NCBI GenBank assembly: GCA_963823125.1
Contig: CAWGKD010000022.1
Location: 13,416-77,415, forward strand
Source: an uncultured Bacteroidota bacterium
GTDB taxonomy: Bacteria; Bacteroidota; Bacteroidia; Chitinophagales; Chitinophagaceae
Direction: 5' to 3'
Length of the DNA: 64,000 nt
How positions within the stretch are numbered: the stretch's first letter is position 1; each line of letters opens with the position of its first letter. Below the pieces are notes generated by a model. The model saw only the letters and a program-made list of their open reading frames with translations. It ran no database searches and was not told the DNA's origin. Below, one piece after another: positions 56,437-64,000 of this stretch. Position numbers and translations under genes: made by a program.

Positions 56437-56509
56437 CGGGCTTGGCGAAGGTGGGCTTGTAGGATGCTCAATTTTAGCAGAATGTTTCTGCCCACTTTTG
56501 CCAAACCCG
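56437..56509 (+). ncRNA. Leader hairpin element, copy C (20-bp imperfect stem, 33-nt loop)
   Basis: CGGGCTTGGCGAAGGTGGGC (56437-56456) pairs with GCCCACTTTTGCCAAACCCG (56490-56509): 19/20 including two G.U. Confidence 0.55.
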
Positions 56510-56549
56510 TGTTACAAGCAGTACGGATTATTAACAACGAATTTTTAAA

Positions 56550-57299
56550 ATGGAAGTAAACAAAATATATAATGAGGATTGTTTGGAAACCCTAAAAAGG
56601 TTGCCTGATAACTTTATTGATTTAATGCTTACAGACCCACCGTATAATGTAACAAGGAATGAATGGGATAAACCTATTGATTTAGATGTTTTGTGGTTGG
56701 AATGGCATAGAGTAGTAAAACCAAATGGTGCAATAGTAATTACATCACAGCAACCTTTTACAACTGATTTGATTAACAGCAATAGAAAGTATTTTAGATA
56801 TGATTTGATTTGGGAAAAATCAAGATGCACAGGATTTTTAAATGCTAACAAAATGCCAATGAGAAGCCACGAACATATTTTAGTATTTTACAAAGAACTG
56901 CCAATATTTAACCCACAAAAAACAAAGGGAAATCCAAACCATATTTCTAATGGCAAAATATCAAGTAAGGGTAAAAATAACAATTACGGAAACTTTGAAC
57001 AATTAGCAAGATTTAGAACTGAAGATAAGTTTCCAAAATCAGTTATTTACTTTGAGCAAAACGACCCAAATGTAATAATACATCCTACTCAAAAAAGTTT
57101 GGATTTATTTAGATGGCTGGTGCTTTCTTATTCAAATGAAAATGATTTAATATTTGATGGGTATATGGGAAGTGGCACAACCGCCGCTGCGGCTATAATG
57201 GAGAAAAGGAATTTTATTGGTAGTGAAATAGATGAAGAATATTTTAAACTTTCACAAAAAAGAATTTCGTTACTAAAACAACAACCAACATTAATCTAA
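56550..57299 (+). CDS. DNA N6-adenine/N4-cytosine methyltransferase (beta class, DPPY)
   Basis: LMLTDPPYNV (motif IV) is N-terminal, HPTQKS is central, and FDGYMGSGTTAAAA (motif I) is C-terminal. No cognate restriction gene seen. Confidence 0.8.
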   Translation: MEVNKIYNEDCLETLKRLPDNFIDLMLTDPPYNVTRNEWDKPIDLDVLWLEWHRVVKPNGAIVITSQQPFTTDLINSNRKYFRYDLIWEKSRCTGFLNANKMPMRSHEHILVFYKELPIFNPQKTKGNPNHISNGKISSKGKNNNYGNFEQLARFRTEDKFPKSVIYFEQNDPNVIIHPTQKSLDLFRWLVLSYSNENDLIFDGYMGSGTTAAAAIMEKRNFIGSEIDEEYFKLSQKRISLLKQQPTLI

Positions 57300-57310
57300 A
57301 TTTATTTTTT

Positions 57311-57484
57311 ATGAGTATCTTAAATCCCAAAGAACCCAATGGGTTTTCAAATCTCGGTGATGAAGGAACTAATAATGGGTATTGGATAACTATGTTTGAT
57401 GAATTTAATGGGTTAACTTATTGCCAAGAAATTGAAGATGACAAAGAAATAGAAAACGATGACCTCGAAAATTTTGAAGCATGA
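57311..57484 (+). CDS. Small acidic protein (57 aa), paralog of 55286..55453
   Basis: Below the track threshold. Reads MSILNPKEPNGFSNLGDEGTNNGYWITMFDEFNGLTYCQEIEDDKEIENDDLENFEA*. Confidence 0.5.
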   Translation: MSILNPKEPNGFSNLGDEGTNNGYWITMFDEFNGLTYCQEIEDDKEIENDDLENFEA

Positions 57485-57696
57485 AAAATATATTTAAGCG
57501 GTTGTTTGGTTGGTTAAGAAAAAAAGAAAAACCAAAAGACAAAGAATGGATAAAAAAATATATGAAGGAACATTACAAAGAATTTCAAAAATCAAAACCA
57601 TTAACCCCAACAACAAAAGCATCTGAGGTTAATGAATCAGAACAATCAGATACATTCAATCAATGGAAAGACATAACACAAAGAGATAATGATTGA
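57481..57696 (+). CDS. Small basic/acidic protein (71 aa), paralog of 56042..56356
   Basis: See 56042..56356. Its stop overlaps the start of the second methyltransferase. Confidence 0.55.
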   Translation: MKNIFKRLFGWLRKKEKPKDKEWIKKYMKEHYKEFQKSKPLTPTTKASEVNESEQSDTFNQWKDITQRDND

Positions 57697-58339
57697 ACTA
57701 TTAAATATAGACTGCATGGATTATATGAAAGACTTGCCTGATAAGTCTATTGACCTTGCAATAGTTGATGTTAATTATGGGATTCAACAAGACGGAAGAA
57801 ATAATCATAGCAGGGGTGTGTTGGCTAAATCAAAAGATTATCGGAATAATTCAAGATACGACAATGGAAGTCCAGATATTTCTTATTTCAACGAATTATT
57901 TAGGGTTAGTAAAGAACAAATAGTTTTTGGTGCAAACCATTTTATTAGCAAACTTCCTTTTGATAGTTCGTGCTGGATTGTTTGGGATAAGCAAAATGGT
58001 GATAATGATTTTGCGGATTGTGAACTTGCATATACCTCATTTGATACATCAGTAAGAATATTTAGATTTAGGTGGCAAGGAATGTTACAGGGTGATATGA
58101 AAAATAAACAAGAACGAATACATCCAAATCAAAAACCTATTCAACTTTACAAATGGCTATTAAAGAACTACGCCAAAGAAGGTGATAAAATTTTAGATAC
58201 TCATCTCGGTTCGGGCAGTTCGGCAATAGCAGCTTATGACATGGGATTTGATTTTGTAGGATGTGAGCTGGACAAAGATTATTTCGATGCAATGATGAAA
58301 AGGTTTAACAATCATAAAATGCAGGGAACATTATTTTAA
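57689..58339 (+). CDS. Second beta-class DNA methyltransferase-like protein with atypical motif IV (DVNY)
   Basis: IHPNQKP and ILDTHLGSGSSAIAA (motif I) fit the same family. The position of DPPY is occupied by LAIVDVNYG. Confidence 0.65.
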   Translation: MIELLNIDCMDYMKDLPDKSIDLAIVDVNYGIQQDGRNNHSRGVLAKSKDYRNNSRYDNGSPDISYFNELFRVSKEQIVFGANHFISKLPFDSSCWIVWDKQNGDNDFADCELAYTSFDTSVRIFRFRWQGMLQGDMKNKQERIHPNQKPIQLYKWLLKNYAKEGDKILDTHLGSGSSAIAAYDMGFDFVGCELDKDYFDAMMKRFNNHKMQGTLF

Positions 58340-58429
58340 AAAAAACAGCTAACTCTAATATAGATATTGATTTTTTTTGTTTATAAAAAGATAACTTGGT
58401 TATTAATTAAAATATATAATTTTACATCA

Positions 58430-58912
58430 ATGTTTGGGCGGCACAGAAAAAAAGAAGTTGAAGTAATCTTTGTTGAAGAAACGGAGATTATTATTGTGGA
58501 AGAACATGAGTATCACCGCCACCCGAAAGTAAGAATGGTATTAATTCAAAATTGTAATAACTCAAAATCAATTATTATGTCCCTATCAATTGTATCAAAT
58601 CAGAAAGCACAAATCATTATCGGTTTAGTGGATGCAACCACCTTAAATCCGGTTACGGCAACGTCAACAGGCGAAACCGAAGTAATAGACAATCTTTCGG
58701 TAGCAACCGTAGATGCGTCTAATAATGTTGTTGGGGTAGCAGCAGGAACGTGCAACCTTACCTCAACCGCAACCTGGACTTATACGGACGCAAATACAGG
58801 TCAACCAGTAACAACTACACTTTCAGTAGTTACCCCAATTACGGTTACGGCTGTGATTGTAGCTGAAACTGTTAATATGGTTGTTACTTTTGGAACACCA
58901 GTAGCCCAATAG
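58430..58912 (+). CDS. Protein with Ig-like (BIG2-type) C-terminal domain
   Basis: ...NNVVGVAAGTCNLTSTATWTYTD... resembles bacterial Ig-like group 2 strands. The track start is a TTG (58367). The ATG at 58430 is used here; the ATG at 58577 (MSLSIVSNQ...) is an alternative. Confidence 0.45.
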   Translation: MFGRHRKKEVEVIFVEETEIIIVEEHEYHRHPKVRMVLIQNCNNSKSIIMSLSIVSNQKAQIIIGLVDATTLNPVTATSTGETEVIDNLSVATVDASNNVVGVAAGTCNLTSTATWTYTDANTGQPVTTTLSVVTPITVTAVIVAETVNMVVTFGTPVAQ

Positions 58913-58969
58913 AAAGTTTCTCATAAACAGTAGTTTCATAATGGTTACGGAAAATCGGGCGGTATTTTT

Positions 58970-59260
58970 ATGCTGCCCTTTAATTGTCTTTGGTATATGA
59001 GTGAACATTATAAATTAGCGCAACTTAATTCATACTACTACACATGGTTAAGAAACAATGAGCAGAAAAAGGCTATGGCGCAGCTTCAGGAGGTTATCAC
59101 GCTGCACCCGTCCGAAGAAAGGCAAATCTGTAAACAGTTTGGGTGTGGCGCATCCCTGACCTTACAGGAAAGGCTTGCTGGCGATAAATGCACCTCACAC
59201 AGTACAGAGCAGCCAGCCGTTGATCTGCCAAAAGATGGCATCTATTTAGTTGTAGAGTAA
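58970..59260 (+). CDS. Hypothetical protein (96 aa; ATG at 58997 alternative)
   Basis: Track ORF in a locally GC-richer stretch, followed by a terminator-like hairpin. Coding status uncertain. Confidence 0.35.
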   Translation: MLPFNCLWYMSEHYKLAQLNSYYYTWLRNNEQKKAMAQLQEVITLHPSEERQICKQFGCGASLTLQERLAGDKCTSHSTEQPAVDLPKDGIYLVVE

Positions 59261-59273
59261 AAAAATGGTTTGT

Positions 59274-59303
59274 ACCCGTCAGCGATGGCGGGTTTGTTGT
59301 GTT
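59274..59303 (+). terminator. Terminator-like hairpin at the end of the rightward unit
   Basis: ACCCG-N10-CGGGT followed by TTGTTGTGTTT, 14 nt after the stop at 59260. Confidence 0.45.
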
Positions 59304-59490
59304 TAAAAAACAAATACTGCCGTATGTTAATGAGGTTTTAACTGAAAAATTGTGGTGATGGGTAAACGATATTAGAAGCAAGTGTTTAATTTCAGCACTT
59401 CTTCGGTTCAGGTATCTCTGGCCATCCCCACTCATCGTTTCATAATTGCCATTATGGTTACTGAATTAACTAACCACCACCACAAAGAAC

Positions 59491-59775
59491 TTACAAACCG
59501 TATGTTGCTGCCTTTACAGCCCACATAGCAGCTTCTTCATAGGCTGTTTGCGCTAACGACCAAAGACGAATAGCTTCACCTTTGGCGTTATCATTCCATT
59601 GCTTTTGTTTTACATCCCTAATGCCAAATTCGCAAAAATCAATAATGGATGCGGATTCTTTTTTAATATCATCCACATTTGACCTGATTTCTTTTTGTTC
59701 TACTACATTGAAACTTACTCTTATTCTACTTTCCCCCTTTGTTGGCGGCGGGGCAACGCCATTTTGTACTTCCAT
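59491..59775 (-). CDS. Hypothetical protein (94 aa)
   Basis: Track ORF. Confidence 0.5.
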   Translation of the reverse strand: MEVQNGVAPPPTKGESRIRVSFNVVEQKEIRSNVDDIKKESASIIDFCEFGIRDVKQKQWNDNAKGEAIRLWSLAQTAYEEAAMWAVKAATYGL

Positions 59776-59779
59776 TTTA

Positions 59780-60040
59780 TTATGATTTTTTGGTTAAAAA
59801 TTCATCTTCATCTCCTTCTAAATATGGCGGCAATTCTATCGTATCAATGCCAATTTTATTCATCTTTATTCTCAATGATTTTCCAGCAATAATCATTTCT
59901 TTTAACTGTTTTCTTGTTTCTGGATTCCAATTAATATTTTGGTCTTTAGATGTATCTTCTAATAATTCAATCTGGGATATAACAGCCATTGATAAAAATT
60001 TAGCTTCGTCTGGTTTTAAATAAAGTTGCTTTACTTCCAT
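59780..60040 (-). CDS. Hypothetical protein (86 aa)
   Basis: Track ORF. Confidence 0.5.
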   Translation of the reverse strand: MEVKQLYLKPDEAKFLSMAVISQIELLEDTSKDQNINWNPETRKQLKEMIIAGKSLRIKMNKIGIDTIELPPYLEGDEDEFLTKKS

Positions 60041-60083
60041 ATTATTTTAATTTTCAATCAGCATAAAAACTGTTTACTGTGTT

Positions 60084-60566
60084 CTATTGTTCTGATTTTA
60101 ATAAAAAATTATTTGAAATAACCTTAAAACTAATTGTTCGTTGATGGTTGCGTATAACAATTCCCTCTCTGTTTGAATTTTGATTTAATAAAGATTTACC
60201 GTCAGCAAATGAAATTAATTCATAAACGGTGTCTGGTAATTTAAAATCAGTATGTATGAACGGGACACTTTCTATATCAAACGATTTTATTAATTCCCTA
60301 AACTCATTTAATGGTAAGTATCTTTGTTCGTCAATATCAAAAACATTGAAAAATTTAACCTGTTGACCTTTTAGTTTATAAGGATTACCTTGTATACCTT
60401 CCCCGACACATTCACCTTGTAAACAAATATTCTTACCTGAATTTTTTATTTTTTCTTCAAGTTGTAAATGTCGTGCTATTTTCCAAAAAGTATTACCATC
60501 ATTTTCAATTAATTCAATATTCCTTGAACAAACACCAAATGTGCCATTATTTACATAATATGTTAT
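60084..60566 (-). pseudogene. ATP-dependent RNA ligase, C-terminal ~160 aa only (5'-truncated at the tandem array)
   Basis: The frame has no start codon, so it is not in the track. It reads ..SITYYVNNGTFGVCSRNIEL...ICLQGECVGEGIQGNPYKL...VPFIHTDF...NREGIVIRNHQRTISFKVISNNFLLKSEQ*. GEcvGegIQ.N, REGIVIR and SFKVISN.FLL resemble nucleotidyltransferase motifs III-V of DraRnl/Rnl5-type ligases. Motif I (KxDG) is missing. Confidence 0.55.
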
Positions 60567-63500
60567 GGATATAAGTCGAATTTATACAGGAATTGCATGA
60601 AATAATGGACAAAAATGGGTAGAAAAATCATTTTCATGTTATAAGTCTATTTTTAGGCCTTACCCAAGAAATGGAAAGAAATTTGAAACATCTGGGTGGC
60701 AACACTCGACAACCAACATGTAGTTTATTGGTTTTTTAATTCTAAAAAAAGGAAACGAAGTCTGAAAAACACGAGACTTGACATGGTGTCATGATATGAT
60801 ACTTAGAGGCTGTGGTAAAAAGTTGACAAGGTTTCGCAAAAGTTGTCACGTACGTTGCTTAGAAACCGAAGCATCTCCGAGGAATGAACGTGGTTTCGAG
60901 AGGGAACGGAGCAGGTTAGAAGCCGAAGTGACGGTTGAATCGTCGTTTGACCTTGAACCATTTTGTACACTCAACATACGACATAGCATGTTCGATGTTA
61001 CAATTTGGTATTTTTCTGGGTCCGTTTGCTATTTTTAATTCATTAATTGCATTTCTAGGCCTTTTAATGGATATAAGTCAAATTTGTACTGCAAGTGCAT
61101 GAAATAATGGACAAAAATGGGTAGAAAAATCATATTCATGTTGTTGAGTCTATTTTTAGGCCTTACCCAAGAAATGGAAAGAAATTTGAAACATCTGGGT
61201 GGCAACACTCGACCACCAACATGTAGTTTATTGGTTTTTTAATTCTAAAAAAAGGAAACGAAGTCTGAAAAACACGAGACTTGACATGGTGTCATGATAT
61301 GATACTTAGAGGCTGTGGTAAAAAGTTGACAAGGTTTCGCAAAAGTTGTCACGTACGTTGCTTAGAAACCGAAGCATCTCCGAGGAATGAACGTGGTTTC
61401 GAGAGGGAACGGAGCAGGTTAGAAGCCGAAGTGACGGTTGAATCGTCGTTTGACCTTGAACCATTTTGTACACTCAACATACGACATAGCATGTTCGATG
61501 TTACAATTTGGCATTTTTCTGGGTCCGTTTGCTATTTTTAATTCATTAATTGCATTTCTAGGCCTTTTAATGGATATAAGTCAAATTTGTACTGCAAGTG
61601 CATAGAAATAATGGACAAAAATGGGTAGAAAAATCATATTCATGTTGTTGAGTCTATTTTTAGGCCTTACCCAAGAAATGGAAAGAAATTTGAAACATCT
61701 GGGTGGCAACACTCGACAACCAACATGTAGTTTATTGGTTTTTTAATTCTAAAAAAAGGAAACGAAGTCTGAAAAACACGAGACTTGACATGGTGTCATG
61801 ATATGATACTAGAGGCTGTGGTAAAAAGTTGAGAAGGTTTCGCAAAAGTTGTCACGTACGATGCTTAGAAACCGAAGCATCTCCGAGGAATGAACGTGGT
61901 TTCGAGGGAACGAGCAGGTTAGATGCCGAAGTGACGGTTGAATCGTCGTTTGACCTTGAAACATTTTCTACACTCAACATACAACATAGCATATTCGATG
62001 TTAAAATTTGGCATTTTTCTGGGTCCGTTTGCTATTTTTAATTCATTAAGTGCATTTCTAGGCTTTTAATGGATATAAGTCAAATTTGTACTGCAAGTGC
62101 ATGAAATAATGGACAAAAATGGGTAGAAAAATCATATTCATGTTGTTGAGTCTATTTTTAGGCCTTACCCAAGAAATGGAAAGAAATTTGAAACATCTGG
62201 GTGGCAACACTCGACCACCAACATGTAGCTTATTGGTTTTTTAATTCTAAAAAAAAGCAAACGAAGTCTGAAAAACATGAGACTTGACATGGTGTCATGA
62301 TATGATACTTAGAGGCTGTGGTAAAAAGTTGAGAAGGTTTCGCAAAAGTTGTCACGTACGATGCTTAGAAACCGAAGCATCTCCGAGGAATGAATCGTGG
62401 TTTCGAGAGGGAACGGAGCAGGTTTGAAGCCGAAGTGACGGTTGAATCATCGTTTGACCTTGAAACTTTTTGTACACTCAACATACAACATAGCATGTTC
62501 GATGTTACAATTTGGCATTTTTCTGGGTCCGTTTGCTATTTTTAATTCATTAATTGCATTTCTAGGCTTTTTAATGGATATAAGTCAAATTTGTACTGCA
62601 AGTGCATGAAATAATGGACAAAAATGGGTAGAAAAATCATATTCATGTTGTTGAGTCTATTTTTAGGCCTTACCCAAGAAATGGAAAGAAATTTGAAACA
62701 TCTGGGTGGCAACACTCGACCACCAACATGTAATTTATTGGTTTTTTAATTCTAAAAAAAGGAAACGAAGTCTGAAAAACACGAGACTTGCCATGGTGTC
62801 ATGATATGATACGTAGAGGCCGTGGTAAAAATTTGAGAAGGTTTCCAAAAGTTGTCACGTACGATGCTTAGAAACCGAAGCATCTCCGAGAAAGAATCAT
62901 GGTTTCGAGAGGGAACGGAGCAGGTTAGAAGCCGAAGTGACGGTTGAATCATCGTTTGACCTTGCAACTATTTTGTACACTCAACATACGACATAGCATA
63001 TTCGATGTCCAAATTTGGCATTTTTCTGGGTCCGTTTGCTATTTTTAATTCATTAAGTGCATTTCTAGGCTTTTAATGGATATAAGTCAAATTTGAACTG
63101 CAAGTAGATGAAATAATGGACAAAAATTGGTAGAAAAATCATATTCATGTTTTTGAGTCTATTTTTAGGCCTTACCCAAGAAATGAAAAGAAATTTGAAA
63201 CATCTGGGTGGCAACACTCGACAACCAACATGTAGCTAATTGGTTTTTTAATTCTAAAAAAAGCAAACGAAGTCTGAAAAACATGAGACTTGCCATGGTG
63301 TCATGATATGATACGTAGAGGCCGTGGTAAAAAATTGAGAAGGTTTCGCAAAAGTTGTCACGCACGATGCTTAGAAACCGAAGCATCTCCGAGGAAGAAT
63401 CATGGTTTCGAGAGGGAACGGATCAGGTTTGAAGCCGAAGTGACGGTTGAATCATCGTTTGACCTTGCAACTTTTTCTACACTCAACATACGACATAGCA

Positions 63501-64000
63501 TATTCGATGTCCAAATTTGGCATTTTTCTGGGTCCGTTTGCTATTTTTAATTCATTAAGTGCATTTCTAGGCTTTTAATGGATATAAGTCAAATTTGAAC
63601 TGCAAGTAGATGAAATAATGGACAAAAATTGGTAGAAAAATCATATTCATGTTTTTGAGTCTATTTTTAGGCCTTACCCAAGAAATGAAAAGAAATTTGA
63701 AACATCTGGGTGGCAACACTCGACAACCAACACGTAGCTAATTGGTTTTTTAATTCTAAAAAAAGGAAACGAAGTCTGAAAAACATGAGACTTGACCATG
63801 TAAGAGTGTCGATGATATGATACGTAGAGGCTGTGGTAAAAAATTGAGAAGGTGTCGCAAAGTTGTCACGCACGATGCTTAGAAACCGAAGCATCTTCGA
63901 GGAATGAATCGTGGTTTCGAGAGGGAACGGATCAGGTTTGAAGCCGAAGTGACGGTTGAATCATCGTTTGACCTTGAAACTTTTTGTACAATCAACATAC
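60567..64000. repeat. Tandem array of a ~502-bp non-coding unit, 6 full copies plus 1 partial, continuing beyond the window
   Basis: Unit starts (GGATATAAGTC) lie at 60567, 61069, 61572, 62071, 62576, 63078 and 63580. The copies differ by substitutions and 1-3-nt indels that break every ORF in at least some copies. Confidence 0.95.

Noticed and set aside
59097-59435. Minus-strand ORF 59097..59435 (112 aa).
   Set aside because: It overlaps the plus-strand ORF 58970..59260 and the terminator-like hairpin. The sequence is Arg/Leu/His-rich with no support from gene packing.
61275-61310. Sigma-70-like TTGACA...TGATACTTA promoter inside each repeat unit.
   Set aside because: The -35 hexamer is not conserved (TTGCCA in copies 5-6, TTGACC plus an insertion in copy 7) and the -10 is poor. 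The inferred host uses TTTG/TAnnTTTG promoters, for which I found no clean match in the unit on either strand.
60778-63894. ORFs inside the tandem repeat units: plus-strand 86/86/70/86 aa at 60778, 61281, 61829 and 63290; minus-strand 71-75 aa at 62752, 63165 and 63667.
   Set aside because: Single-base indels break the plus-strand frame in copies 3, 4, 5 and 7. The minus-strand ORFs exist only in the last copies. Starts are TTG or variable. The peptide is Cys/Arg-rich with no recognisable fold. This is inconsistent with a conserved protein.
60567-64000. CRISPR array, hammerhead-type ribozyme repeats, or tRNA/rRNA array as explanations for the tandem repeats.
   Set aside because: There is no short-repeat/unique-spacer structure, since the whole 502-bp unit repeats. 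I found no CUGAUGA...GAAA hammerhead core on either strand and no tRNA T-loop-like GGTTCGAAT motifs. Other ribozyme classes cannot be excluded by eye.
1-64000. Prophage boundary or integration module (integrase, att sites), with the tandem array read as host flank.
   Set aside because: No integrase- or recombinase-like ORF was recognised anywhere in the window. The array abuts a phage-type gene remnant. The question stays open because the window ends inside the array.

Overview
Low-GC dsDNA phage (or prophage) segment. The host is most likely Bacteroidota: two signal peptides end in ...FAQ, and there is one TTTG-N18-TAnnTTTG promoter. Layout: (1) 1-42.4 kb, minus-strand late module. It holds fibre-like and giant virion proteins, a putative major capsid protein, scaffold and portal, a fragmented large terminase, and a glycosyl-/methyl-transferase island. 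Unexpected passengers are a deoxyhypusine-synthase-like gene, a GNAT, a GroES-like gene and a GIY-YIG homing endonuclease. (2) 42.8-47.0 kb, minus-strand replication genes: primase-helicase, DUF1376 protein and an XRE-type HTH protein. (3) 47.1-59.3 kb, plus-strand early region. It has a YqaJ-type exonuclease, many small ORFs, an HNH endonuclease and two DNA methyltransferases in a duplicated module. Repeated intergenic cassettes and covarying hairpin leaders are scattered through it. (4) 60.08-60.57 kb, a 5'-truncated RNA-ligase remnant. It abuts (5) 60,567-64,000, at least 6.8 tandem copies of a ~502-bp apparently non-coding unit that continues past the window edge. I consider the tandem array the most unusual object here. 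Several genes need +1 or -1 frame changes to be read (TerL x5, a SAM-methyltransferase x7, three others). I cannot tell from sequence alone whether these are assembly errors, decay or recoding. No tRNA, rRNA, CRISPR array or integrase was recognised. All functional calls rest on motif recognition by eye and no database search was possible.
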